Of a DNA stretch of 64,000 nucleotides, positions 1 to 13,291 are shown piece after piece. The DNA lies in the NCBI GenBank assembly GCA_002189035.1, contig CM007989.1, positions 186,001-250,000 on the forward strand. Reading direction: 5' to 3'. The stretch's first letter is position 1, and the number at the start of each line of letters is the position of its first letter. This DNA comes from Utricularia gibba (Eukaryota > Plantae > Magnoliophyta). The translations under genes were made by a program, and so were the position numbers. Under the pieces are notes generated by a model. The model saw nothing but the letters and a program-made list of their open reading frames with translations, ran no database searches and was not told where the DNA came from.

Positions 1-109
1 TGACCTAATTAGATCACGAACTCGCTTAGTTACCTTTAGTCCCAACATATTTAAGATCAAACCTCAAGCAGCAGGTAACTCGAATCAAAAAAATATTGTG
101 ATAGTATAC

Positions 110-3100
110 CTTTGAAAGCTCTTTCATAATCAAACCGTGTAAGTTAGCAGCTTCTTTTGCCAAACCATGAACGTCATGAAAATCTTCTGTTATTGCTAAA
201 ACCTGCAGAATAACTGAGATGAGATAAGAGGGACTATGCTTTTGCTAAGATAAGAAACATCATTTTACCCTGTCAATGCGTTCTCCATCACACAAAATGG
301 ACTACGCTCTTAAGATTTTCAATCAAGGTGTTAAATTCAAAAGCAGATCATAATTGTCATCTAAATCAAACGAAACCATCGAGTAGATGTTTTGAAACCA
401 CAACCATCGCTTACCTCCTCAAGCATAGAACCACAGTCAGAAGTCAGAGCACTATGTCCTCGAATAATACCTCCATATGCAGATAGTGCTACACTGGCTC
501 CATAAGAAGATTCCTTCATTGCGAGAAGTGTGCTTTTCAAATCACCTGCCAAGTTGAAAATTGAATGTCTTCCTTTATTTGCATTTTCTCTCACTTATCA
601 GGTTCAAATATACAATGAACAACACATTAGTTAACCCTGGACCTATTTCATGATGACAGCATGCACAAGACCCTCACTATGCATCAAACCGACAAAGAGG
701 TTGCAAAACATGTGCTTAAATATCCCCCCCTACAATACAGAGATATTTACAGAAGCGCATTAAGGGACTAAACTAAGGCGCTTACAAAACTTGATATTTG
801 TGGAACTGTGATATAGGAATAGCATGGGCTACGTATTGGTTACTGGGAAAACTGTTCACCTGATACAGATGTCGCATTTAGCTCAGTCAAAGAAAGTTCG
901 TTAGATGCAGAAACTAAACAATTTGATGCGGCTTCCATGTTGCTTTGTGCAAGCCTCCACTCTTTGTCAGCTCCTGCATCAAAGCCAACAAACAATCGTA
1001 TAATAAGCATAGATGAGGCAACACAAACTTCAGAATGTGGATTGGAACAAGCAGGGATCTTCAGACTAACGAATAAAAGAATGATATACTACATCCAATT
1101 TTGCTATCGCATTGAGGTTAGATTGCTGCCATGCTATGTTCTCCATTCCAGCTTTGGAAGAGGAAGCATCACATGCAAATCTAATTATACCATCCCTAGA
1201 TGCCTCGAACTCTAATACAGATACACAAACTTTTACAACATCTGCAGCATTCTGTCTGATTTCCTGCAAAATTTTCCGACGTCCAGCCAAATGATCATAG
1301 AATTGGGAAGGTATTCCTGAAACTTGGGTCTGAGCATTTCCAATAGAAATTGAACTTGAATCCCCACAAGCCCAACTCATTGCCCCTTCAAGCTGTTTTT
1401 CTGCAACAGCTGAGATTCCTCCATAAGATTGCAGACGTTCAAGGGATCTAGCTACTTGGGATATTGATAATCGCATACTCTCAAGCAGTTTTGCCCTGTT
1501 GGTGTTCCATACTAAGGGAAGTAAGTGGTAGTCGTCTGAGATGAAAAGGTCAGAAACTTCCATGGGCCTAGATGTGATATTGTGTATCCATTGCATTCTA
1601 GAAATCTCCAAGCTCGTTTTCAGAGAAATGTCTTTAAGCTCATTAATCTGCTTTCTCATAAGAGCAGCCGCAGATCTTGCTGATCTTAAAGTTTGATGCA
1701 TGTTACAGTATTCTTCAAGCATTTTCTGTAGCCTTCTCACACATCCAGACCCCAGATGGATTTGGCCAGTTGTCGGAATGTCAATTGACTCTACACTTTC
1801 CAGCAACTCTATTTTTCTGTCTAAAATATTCAAAAAGAATGGAGCAACGCTATCTTTCACATACATGCAAATGTGCTCATAAAACTGGTTTCTTAGTTCT
1901 TCTTCTGCAACATCTGTGAGTTGATCACGATCAAGATTTTGATCAAAAGTTGGTGCCACATCTCGTGCACAGTATCCAAGTAGAACATAAACCAGGGAAA
2001 GCTTCCAGATAAAGAAGGCGTTACTTCTTTTCAAACCACGAAAATTCCACACATGTTTAGATAATGAGGCACCTGAATTTAGTGATCCAATGAACTGAGT
2101 ATGCCCTAACGAACAAGAAGAAATATGTTCCAACGATGATATCATTGCTTGATCAACTAGTTCCAAATCAGAGAAGGGCTCAAACAATGATGCCACAAGA
2201 GCTTTTCTTCTCAAGACATGCGGTTCTCTTTCATGCTCTGCAATAACGAAAGACTGTAATTTCAAGTCCGCATCTTCTAAACAGCTATTAACATCATCTT
2301 CTCTCTTCTCAAGCGACGAAGTCTGCATATCTTTCTGGTTCCACGTCTGATGGAGTCTGTCCAGTTGCACCCTACAAGCTTCTTCCTGGGCTGCCAGTTC
2401 CTCAGACTCTTCCCAGGATAAATGGTCCCTTCCGTTGACAGCAGCTTCCTCAAGAGCCAATTGCTTTTCAGTGATAAGACCAACTTTCACAAAGTAGTTG
2501 CACTCAAGCTCCTTCAAAGAATCTCTCTCTAGCTCTACCTGTATAAGCTGCTCAAGCATTGGATCTATAGACCGTCGAATTTCTGCTATAGTTCCAAAAA
2601 TCTCCACAACATCAGAATTAAATGAAACAGGAGATTTCATCAAAATGGGCCAAATCACATCAACTAAATCTCTAACAAGGTTTCTCGATTGTGAAATAAT
2701 GGATTTGAAAATCAATACCCAGCTTCTGTGAGGGGCATCATTCAAGACAACATGACGCCTTAGCTCCGCAATAGACTCAGTAACAAGTACACATCTTTCT
2801 ATTTGCTCTTCAAATTCATTAACAAATGGTTCAGCAGACATAACACTAGCGCCAGTTTTCTCCTTGTCAAAACGATCCATGATTTTATGTATCCTATGCT
2901 TAATTTCAGAAAACAAATTTCCCATTGCTGCATCTAACATAGTTAGAAGAAATCCTTGTTTCTCTTCAATCACCATTTCTCGACACCCAGGAATACTGGG
3001 TTCCCCTCGCCTCTTGAATCCTGCAAGCTCAATATAATTTATGAATTCAGAAAGAAGATGATCCTTGGATGCTGATTCCACCTCTGGGCGAACAGAAATT

Positions 3101-6100
3101 TCTAGACTTACGCACTCTTCATCCATTCTCTTAATATCATCAACGTACTGCATCAGCTTGAGGCAAAGGTTATTATAGTTGCCGGTAGGTATGCCAGGTA
3201 TATCAAAGTGGTCACTATTGACAAGCTCAGTACCTTGTCTTTTGGCAATTGATATAGCTTCAGATGAGGGATTATCTAAAGAAAGCATAATCTGAGCCCA
3301 ACGATGCACTGGGCTGGTAGCTATATAATTGAAAGGTAGGATTTTCTGCAAAGCAAAAGAATATATCTGCAGTGCAGTAATAGCTGAGGAAAGTGCATGA
3401 GCCAGTTCACTCACTGAATGAGAAACGTCTTTATCTATGTCACAGCAATGTATTTGTGTAGGTTCAGGAACTACTGTCCAAGGAACTCCGGCCCCAACAA
3501 CAGATGACATAAGAGATAGGTCTTCTTCTGCACCCGTTAGATTACATCCCTTGATTTCTTGAAGTAAACTATTTCTTAAAGCGTCAAGAACCCTCCCATG
3601 CTTCTCAATCCAGGCTGCCGCCTCTTGACCTTTTTCCCTCACTATACTCTTTGCTTGGTTGAATTCTCGAGCCTGTATATCAAACAAGGCACGGCTTTGT
3701 TCTGAACTAGAGGCAGCTTCAGCAAACACTAGTTTTGCAGAATTCTCATGCTGGATATGACTGGATCGTTCTTGATCAGCACAATTGAAGCGAAATGACA
3801 CCATTTCATAATCCTTTAAAGTGTTCATGAATCTCTGTGGATATTCAGAAAAAAACAGTTAAATTTCTGATTATCAATTCATTTGTGAATTGTCAGAAGA
3901 GCAACGGAAACAGACCTCTAGAGCTGATTCAACTGTGAATAAGGTAGGCAACAAAAGATCATGGTGTTCCTGGAGAAATCACAGTCGATAACATTCATAA
4001 TGCTGATATAAAAACATTAATGCACAGTAGAAAGCCTTCACTGAAATTCATAAATTCAATATATAATCTTCAGATTCTGACCTGCAAAGGAACACGAATC
4101 TCTTGTGCACGTGAAGCAAAGAGACTCAAGCTAACTGCAAGCTCCATGCCCCTTCTTTCCTCACCAACAACAGCCGCATCATCATGAACATTAGCGCGTG
4201 TCCACTCCACAAGTGGATCCCACACAAAAACTTCTAATAACATCAAAATAATATCCTTGTTTTTCTTTAGAGAACCTAAAACAGTTTCACAGTTTAACCT
4301 AAATGATCCTTCAAGACCAGTTAGCCCTAGTGCTGCTTCAATTGTCTGTGTTAGCCGGAAAGGAACAATTTCAGGAATTTTCAACCTCTGGCCCTTGTCA
4401 AAACACACATTGTAATCAATATGAACAATTTCCCCACTAAGGAAATCCACAAGTATATTGTCCAAGTGCCTGTCACCTAGGCCCAAAACATGACCAAGCA
4501 TACTCATGGCTGCAACACTTCCTGAAAACCTGCACAACTTATTAGAGCAAAGTCAGTAATTGATCAAATGCAACTAATTCAAAACTCATAAAAAAATCAC
4601 AAGCTAAAGGCTACTATGGGAATTTGCATGTATTTGGAAGTATTCTAGTTGAGATGAAAAAAGAAGATGAGGTCAACAAGAGAAAAAACTAAAAGCCACA
4701 ATTTTGATACACATGAAGAAATTGGATCTTTCTTCATGAGGTCAGCCATATCGAGATAGAGAAGACCAATAATAGCTCTAAACATTTTCCTACTACATGG
4801 GGTTAATCTAGATGTAATAACATAATTTTAATACAGCAAATAGGACAATATCTTTTACCTACTCAGTTTTGAACTAAATGCTTTGAAACCTTCACTGGCA
4901 CACCAGAGTTCCTGATACAGAAGTTGCTTTGGAGTTTCCTTCATCAAATCTAAAAGAACATTTTTTTTGACATCATGTGGCCAGTCTCTTCTGGAGATAA
5001 CTCTTCTTATGCCCTTTTCCTTCAGTGCAGGTATAATTTTCCCATAAAACATATCACTGGGTCTTGGCACTGGAGGCACCACCATATTCGAGTCAGGACC
5101 CAATGCAGAAATCTTCTGCAACTGTGTTCTTTTTTGCCATGACTTAAAAACACTATATATGCTAATCGAGTTATCCACCCACTGGATTAGGCCAGCTCTT
5201 CCGCTAATGGGTGTAACAGAGTAAGAACGGATGCAAAGTGACTTCTTCTGAGCTACTGCTACCGAAGACTGAAGGAAACTGTCGAAAGACTGGAGTAACT
5301 GCATAATTCTAGCATCAAGACGCAAGTCTTCTCGGCCCTTTAGAAGATAGGTATACTTCTGGCCATCAGAACCCACAATGGCAAGTTTCTTTGGCTTTGT
5401 TTTGGTAGGTAAAATGGCCAGTTGGTCACAAAATGAAGCAATAGTTACAATTCCACTGTTAGTGCTATTGAAGGCAGTTCCAGATTCAGATACCATAACT
5501 TGCTTTTCAAGACCAGGCATAGGTGCACTGGAAGACAACAGAGAAGCCAATCTTGGGGCAACTTCTCCCAAGGAAATGGATGACTTCCTCTGATTAGATG
5601 CCAAGGAGATTTCAATTGACTCAAATGGCCGCCACACATCACCTAATGCTGCGACTGAAGCAGGTGGAATCTTGATTTTCCTTATTGCTGCATCTATTCT
5701 TTCCTTGTACTCATCCAGGAACCATAATTCATGGGAGTTTTAGGTTTTCCTGAAGTTGAGGCCAGACGTCGTTCTAAAGAGACAACGATAGGGGCCATCA
5801 TAGCAGTGTACTTGGCAGCATTAATTTTGTTCTTCTCCTCTTGCGTCAGAGTTGTATTCTCACCAACACGGACAGCCTCCTCTTTCAATAACTTTATGCG
5901 CCTCATTACATCTAGCACAGAAATATAAGTTTCTTAAGACACTTCCGTACTTTAGAAAGGTACTATTTGCAGGTCAGATGAGTGATGCATTGCAGGTTTC
6001 GCATGCCATATGTGAATTTGTCTAATCAATGTCAGTATCAGTCAAGGCAACAGAAAAACCACCTGCATGTAGGCCATGAAGTGTTCCAAGCCATAATTCC

Positions 6101-9100
6101 TCCAGAGGACTGTTACGTTTTCAAGCTCCATTATCACCAGCTGCGCATCTTGCACTAGTTGTGGGTGCGACTTATTCTGTGAATCAGAATGATGAAAGCT
6201 CCACATCCACGTTTAATGAATAAAGCATGCGTACTCTAATCAAAACTACACCCAACCCATAGCCAACTAGTCCAAAATTCAGGTTTACGATAATGGCTGG
6301 AGTAAAAAGTAAACACAACCAACGTGATAACTCTCAATAACAATATCTACTTAGAAACAAAAAAGGACATTATGGAAAGCCACTCAGAGCAGATGATAGC
6401 ATTAAAAAAGAAAGAAATATTAGAGTAGAAGACAAAGACGAAAAGGCATGCATGAGATAGAAATTGCTAACCAAACAAGCCAGAATCCTCTGTATTTCCT
6501 CTGAAGGTTCTTTATCAGGGGAATTTGAATCAAGAAGTGTAGGGTAAACCAAGGACCATGGAGAAAATTCTGCCAGATTTATAAGTAAGCCCTCTAATTG
6601 TTTTCTCACCATCTTTTCTGGATGGGAACTTAAACGAGCTAGAATTTGAGGTGTTATTTCCTTCATAAGATAGGAGATGAAATTAGAAAATCATTGTTTC
6701 AGTCTAGATCAAAAAATTCTAATAACAGCCATACCTGCCAGGCTAAGATGGGAACCTTCGAGAGAGCAGGTTCAAGGACATCTTTCAACTCTATGCCATA
6801 GTTTACCAGAATCTGGAGCACATGAAGCGTAGACTTCAATGTGTAACTGGCATGTTTAAGCTTGGAATTGGGATGGAAACCAGTTATCTGCCTATCAAGG
6901 CTCTTTGAATAAGAAAATGAAAGAAAATTTATAAAGCACTTAGCAGCCTGACCAAACAACGAAACTCTTCTCCTCCTCAGAGAGAAATAAACATCAACCA
7001 AATCAGCCACACAGGATGCTACTTCTGCATTACTCGGGGCAATATTTGCTGAAATCAAGTGGTTTTTCAACTCTGAAAATAGCTTTTCCAATATGCTATT
7101 GCTTCCAAATTCCTCCTCTCCAGGTGTTCCAGCAGCAGTCTCTAATGCACAGATTATTTGAGGCAATAAAAGCTTCACTTTTTCCCCAGAAACATGAGAG
7201 ATATTTTCACCTTCAACAATCTCTCTGCCATCATAAGTGTCAGTAATTAAACGCAGTACCAAATTTTTAACACGCAATTTCTCTCCTTCGTTCAAGGAAA
7301 ATCTCTTATGTTCTACTTCAGGCACAAATATGGGTGAAACAGAACAAGAATCAACAACTCGATTGCTGTTAGGAGACATCAAAGTGGTAGCTTGAGTGTA
7401 ACACCATGAAGCGTACATAATCCATGCCTTTCCCATCATAGGGCAGAGAAGAGTAGATGCCCTCGTGAAAGAACCCACTAGATCATCAATTGTCACAATC
7501 GGACCAGAGTGAAAACTTTGATTACCATCAGTAGAGACCCCCTCTTTACTTGAAGAAGAGACATCAACCTTCTTCAATATTTCTTGCAACTCTGGAGCAA
7601 CAATACCGAAGTTTTTTCCCACAGAATCTTCTTGGAGCCAAACAGAAAGTTTTAAACATGCTTTGGCCTTTAAAACATGTTCATGGAAGTTGCATGCTCC
7701 TGTTGAATAAGTAGCAACGAAAGGACGTACGAATGTGAAAAGATTCTCAAACGCAGCATCAACTTTGTTTTCAGCGTGAAGGATTAAAGCATCCTCATAT
7801 TCTCCATATAGTGTAAAATATTCACGATAACTTTCATCAAGACAGATTGAAGCATGGTCTTTAAGATAGCTGTTTAGTCGAGAGGCCAACACTAAATTCT
7901 TCTGCTTGCGTGCTAACAAAACTAAATTATTGCAAAGCTTAAGTGTCACTACCGAAGCTGGGTCAACATTCTGACAAATCCGAAAGAGTTTAAGCCACAG
8001 ACCACAATCTTGAAAAACTTGGTCAAAAAGTGGAAACGGCATGGTCTGAATGTATCCACTTAGGATTGACTGGATACCTTCAACTGCAGTGCCCTTGCGC
8101 CTGCAACCTTCTTCAAATGTAGATATACAAAACAGCTGGTTGGCATATGGTGCTGCCTCCTCCAGTCCATCAATTGGAAAAATGGTGGATACCTCTTCCA
8201 ACATACGCTTGGCATTTTGCAACACATCAGATACTTTCTCTATCTCGCCTTCAGTTTCAAGTAGCATTGCCTGCAGAAGCATTTGCTCACTTCTTTGCAG
8301 AGCAAATCTAGGATCAATAATAAGATCACCACTACTTTTGGGGGTCAAATCAAGGTAGGACCTTGCTGCCTTAAAATCCTGCTCATCAAATCGGCCTAAG
8401 GCTTGAATGTAATTTATCTCATTTCCAGCAGTCGTCAGAGCCCCAGAAAAACCTTTCCCAGCATACTTTGCACGAATATTCTGCAGCTCTATTAGCCAGG
8501 ATTCAAGAGATCTCCAATCAGATGTTGCTGAATAACTCTCAATTATACGTGCAATTGCAAACTGTACACCTGTGGAACCCATAGAAGACAGTGATTCTTC
8601 ACTCTGTAATAAATGGATAAAATACGCAGCAGCCTTTTCATATTGGCCTCGTGCTTGGTACACAAGCCCCGTGATAAAAGAAAACTGCCCCAAGCTTCTA
8701 TAATCACTCTGACCTTGTGTTTCAGTATTATTCAATGGGGATAAAACCATTGTCGCCCACCTCTGCAGCCCAACCAATGCATCAGGTTCACGAATCTTGC
8801 ATAAAGCCAAAGCCATGTTCCTTACGAATTTAAGAAAATCCCCATGATATCGGGCTCCCATGCTATATGGATTTTCATGCGCCAGGACTCCTGACTTGTC
8901 TACCATAGCTGAAAATACATAATTATTGATATCAAGGAGTCGGTTCGCACAATAATGAACAGTTGCATGATTGCACTGGAGTACAAGTCCAGCCTCCATC
9001 ATAGGCTCAGTTATTCGTGAGAACCACTCCTCACAAACTTTCTTGTTGGCACTGAAAAATAATGAACTTGTTCTGGAAGCACGTGGTAAGACAGTTGATC

Positions 9101-12100
9101 CCTCATAGGCATTATAAGCATTTTTCCTCAATGCCTCGACAAACTCTAGTAGTAATCTCATGGGCAGTAAATGAACATTTGAGCCCATCAGATTTAGCAT
9201 TCCATCAGTTTGCTCCATTTCAAGCCGCAGTACTTGAGAAATATCAAGAAGCATCCGTTCCAATGCAGCAAAAGTTTGAGTAGGCCCCCCAAGGTTAGTC
9301 CGAAGTTTAGTTGTAATGCAAAATCTAGCTGCTTCATGTACAGCCCACCAGATACCAGCAAGGTAGTTGACTGAGCATGCTCTTTCAAGAAAATCTTCCT
9401 CCAATTGATTTTCTGACCATAGACCAATGGCATCAAAAACCTCCTTTTCCTCTGGCTGCGTAGATAAGCTCCGCTTTTTGCTATGGCAAGAAAGAACAAG
9501 CCGTTGAATCCAGGAGAATATGGACACTTTTGACCTACGTGAAATATAACTCAAAATAGAAAAAAGTTGCTGGGAGTGCAGTTGCTGTGGCAGCTGGTTG
9601 AGAGCAAAAATTTCTTTCCAATGGAAGCAAGATCTATTAATTGATGAAGACAACTGAGGCTGAGGTATCTGAACTGCTACATCTGAAGCAGAGCACATAT
9701 ATATAGTCAGAGGCCACATATCTAGAAACAACTTGAGATATGCATTTCTTATCTCTATTTCTGGATCACCAAGCTTCTCAAGGACAATTTGAGCAGCACT
9801 AGGAAAATGCAAAGGGTGAATTAGTTTTGCCTTCAAGAGCACTTGAAGAACTCTCACTACAAGAGCTCGCACCTCTGGTTCCCGGTCTGAAGCAACCACT
9901 AAGGTTGAGAAAAGCAAGTCCTGATTTACTTTTAGCCATGCAACATCTTGGCAAGGATAAAAGTCGATCTTGATACTTTTATACATATCAATAATATGCT
10001 CACAGAGCCTACATATCCATAAAAGAGCTTCCATTTTGATGGCTAAAGGAGAAGAATTATCAAGAGCTCTCACAAGAAATGGGACGTAGATTCTTAAATG
10101 CCCAAGCATAATCATATAGAATTGATTCCCCACATCTTCCCCTGGATACGCCCCAGGTAACGTCTCTAGAGACTTTGTCTCAATATTCTTTTTAGTGATA
10201 GAGCACTTTCTCATAAAGTTGACTGTGGAGAGCCTTTCCAATGTTCTTACAAGGGTGATCTGCAGTTTCAAGGAGCTTTTGAACGGCCACTCAAATAGAT
10301 TAAAATTCTCAATTAAAAATATGGCAAGCTTTTCACCATTGCTATCAATTAATGCTTTCTCATTCACTTGAAGTGCTGTGCCACCACCTCTTCCTTGCAA
10401 TGTAGTGCAGCTTAATAATACTTTGAAATTGAAACTAATCAAGGACACTAGCTCTTCTTTGGAATAAGTATTTGAAGTTGTCACAACCTCGCGGTGATCC
10501 TCTTCACCACATCTTTTCAGAAGCTCGATCTTTAACAGTTGTAGCTCATCAAATAAAGTGTTCACCGTGCTTGCTACAATATCTGTTCTCTCATGTTGAA
10601 GTAAGAAGATGTACGTTGTTGCAGCACTTCCACTCACTATGTGGTTTGGATGCAAGCGCAATCGGGAAATGGGTTTATCAAAATGTAAAATCTTGGGGAT
10701 AGATGATGGAATAAGACCAAGCTTCTGAAGAGACATCAATTGCAGATTAGTTTTAAGAACACCATAAACCTGAAAGGAAGAAATTTTGTTGGTGAGAAAT
10801 CTGCCTCTGGGATCGGCTTCCAAACTTTGGAACAATATATCTAATGCAGCAGGGTAACAACCAGAAAACCTTTCACTCGATATTTCAGCCAACAGCGTCA
10901 AACACTTCCAGGATTGCTCAATCCATTCTGGCCATCCAAAATTTCTCCCAATCATAGACAAGCATTGCAACAGAACAGGAAGCATCTGACTAAGTGGTTC
11001 TCTTATTTTTTCAAGAGAGTTAATTTCCAGGAATCCAGAAGCAACAGATTGTAGAACTGTACAGAAACAAGACAAAAGTGCAAGCAATCTTTTGAACTGT
11101 TGGGACCACGTCCACTTCCATCGTGAAGCAATGAATCCATGTCATCTAAAAATTTCGAGAGCAATCCTAAAGAAAACTGCAAATTATTTACCCAGTATTT
11201 CTGAAATTGTAACAAACTGTCCATGATAACATGCTTATCAGACTCTGTAATGTCAGGTATTAACGCCCATCCCAGGAGAATATCAACAATATCCCTGAAG
11301 TGTGGTTGGAAGAATCTAAAAAACTTCAATGAAATCAATGTTAAAACACCTAGAATACTCGGCATTAAACTGAAGGGCATCCTCTCATCTTCAAGAAGTT
11401 CCTGACAAGCCTTAAGAATTGTAAATGCATATCGTTCAATGGCACCCACATCTCCAACACTAAGAAACTCGTGAAGACTCACTAAAGCAAGTTGTGATAT
11501 CTCACTGATAATATGTCTAAGAGAAGGCAAGGACCATCCAGTAAACCCATCGATCAAACTCCCAAGCATCACATGATTCTGCCTTCCGTTTGGTGCTATT
11601 AACAAAGAGCATGCCACTGAACATAAAGCTCCATAAGCTCTAGCTGCTGCATGACGAACTGAAAACAATCTATTGACAAACAGAAACCAAGAACACCAAT
11701 CACACCAACTGGAATAATCAAATAAATCAAGAAAAACATTTAGGCCAAAGAATTCATTTCTGAGGGATTGAAAAACAGTTTGTGAGACAAAAGTACAACA
11801 AGGAGAGACTATAAACAACGAAATAAATTTTATAAAAAAAACTGACATCACTCATTGGGTTTTAGCATGATGGGCATGAAAAGTGAACGTCGCATACAAA
11901 CGGTGGCCATACATCCTAAAAATGCATGAGTAAGCGGAAGAATAATAACTTATCGTTTAGTAGTTGAGCGAAGCCTTGCGCGAGAAAGGATGCAGCGTGC
12001 GAAACGGCAATCCCGTTCGGAGGATAAACAATAGCGCGGTGAAGGGAAGTGATAGCGGAGAGACGACGCGACTCATCTTCCTCGGAAGAAGGCGAAGAAC

Positions 12101-12194
12101 CCGCAACTATTGTCTTGGGCGGGTCGCCAGCGGGCAGCGCCGCCGTGAGCAGCGCCGCAAACTGCTGGTGCTGGTGATGAAATCCTTGCATCAT
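110..12194 (-). CDS. SMG1: SMG1 PIKK-family NMD kinase; multi-exon, 3' end (FATC) lies left of the window
   Basis: N-terminus MMQGFHHQHQQFAALL...LAQGFAQLLNDK is typical of plant SMG1. Kinase motifs YLLKGREDLRLDARIMQLL, GLGDRHLDNIL and HIDYNVCFDKG (ORFs 4855-5637, 4070-4537). GT-AG exons traced at approx 12194-11950, 11669-6735, 6660-6472, ~6177-6063, ~5916-4860, ~4530-4079, ~3972-3918, ~3837-1070, ~972-860, ~546-417, 202-110. Three -1 frameshifts in G/C runs (11102-11104, 6102-6103, 5733-5735) are probably consensus errors. Confidence 0.95.
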
Positions 12195-12477
12195 GCATTC
12201 GGTGCATCAACATCCCGCAGCCAGCTTCCACTGCGTCGGAGTAGCATCATGGTCGGAAGCAGGCTCCGTCGCAGAAATTGGCAAGTCCAGAAGCATTCTT
12301 GTTGATTTTTTTTTCTGTAATATTATTTTATTACGGAGAAACTTCCCTGCTATAAAAACACTGGATCACAGAACAAGGCTCATATTAGCCCACCCTTTTT
12401 AAAAGGCCATGTTCGGCCCAAGGCTCCGCCCAGAAAACATCATATCTATTTAATTCAATTGAATTGGGGGGAAGAAG

Positions 12478-12485
12478 AAACCCTA
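12478..12485 (+). promoter_or_regulatory. Telo-box AAACCCTA in the SMG1/POK2 divergent promoter
   Basis: Exact AAACCCTA with several site II (TGGGCY/RGCCCA) motifs nearby; the telo-box plus site II combination is well known in plants. Confidence 0.5.
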
Positions 12486-12672
12486 GAAATTTGGGTGACG
12501 AAATTTTTCGCTCTTATATTACCGTCGTCAAATTTGCGGTTCTTATCGTTGAAATGGCCGCCGTTTGTCCAATTCGTGAGATTCCGTGATCGGTTTGCAC
12601 GTAGTTTCTTAAGCTCATATTGAGAGAAATATTGTACGTAAGATCGATAGAGGTGTTTGAGGAGCCGCAAGC

Positions 12673-12790
12673 AAGTTTTGGGCTTTGGTGAAAGCCCACC
12701 GCGTGGCGTTAAACAGCCTCCTTTAGAACTAAAAAAACCAAAGAAGGCCTGTTTTAAGTTTGGGCTTCGACGAAAGCCCACCCACGTGGC
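12673..12790. promoter_or_regulatory. Duplicated palindromic site II (TCP) + G-box-like module
   Basis: AAGTTTTGGGCTTTGGTGAAAGCCCACCGCGTGGC (12673-12707) and AAGTTTGGGCTTCGACGAAAGCCCACCCACGTGGC (12756-12790). Confidence 0.5.
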
Positions 12791-12849
12791 ACAAATCCAT
12801 GTTTAAATTCAAAATTCTCATCGCGCGATGACGCTTCGGGGGAAAATGC

Positions 12850-13077
12850 AACGGTTCTCACATGTCAGCCGTTGATCTGTTCCATTAACGGCTAATCTCT
12901 GTCTGTTCTGCATAGTGCCACTTTGAATTGGAGTACGCATAGTTCTAGATCTGTGGTGAGAGCTGAAGCTCCAAGATTCGAGCTTGTGGGCTTCAAGGAT
13001 TTCTTGTTTAATTTACTTCTTTCGAATTATTTCTGGTTCATTAATGAGAGTGATTGTTTATAGGTTGGGAGCAACGG
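12850..13077. promoter_or_regulatory. Cluster of MSA (AACGG, MYB3R) elements upstream of POK2
   Basis: AACGG at 12850-12854, 12887-12891 and 13073-13077, CCGTT at 12869-12873. MSA clusters are characteristic of G2/M genes such as kinesin-12. Confidence 0.6.
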
Positions 13078-13291
13078 CGAATCAATGCCTTTTGATTCGA
13101 ATTTTCCAGGAAATCGATAACTGGGGTCGAAGGGAAATGGTTTCTTCTTCATCGTGACGATACAATTACAATTTCAAGATTTCGTGGAGTTCGAATCCTT
13201 TTCATTGCTTCCTCTGTTAGGTACGATGTTGTGCTGTGTACGGCTTTTCCTTGGAGCATGAAAAGTTACATAGCTCTTTTCTCTTTGCAGA

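Noticed and set aside
937-10702. Numerous 60-100 aa plus-strand ORFs antisense to SMG1 (and similar shadows over NiR, CXE, RAD54 and the RLK)
   Set aside because: Typical antisense shadow ORFs of long coding exons; no independent motifs.
110-12194. Calling SMG1, the malectin-LRR gene, the RLK or CCoAOMT pseudogenes
   Set aside because: Each lesion is a single missing base in a G/C run with otherwise intact coding and splicing, consistent with sequencing error.
12455-12781. 108-aa minus-strand ORF in the SMG1/POK2 promoter
   Set aside because: No recognisable domain; overlaps cis-element-dense promoter sequence.
13187-13198. tRNA B-box-like GAGTTCGAATCC
   Set aside because: No T-arm stem, acceptor stem or A-box; lies in the POK2 5' leader/intron.
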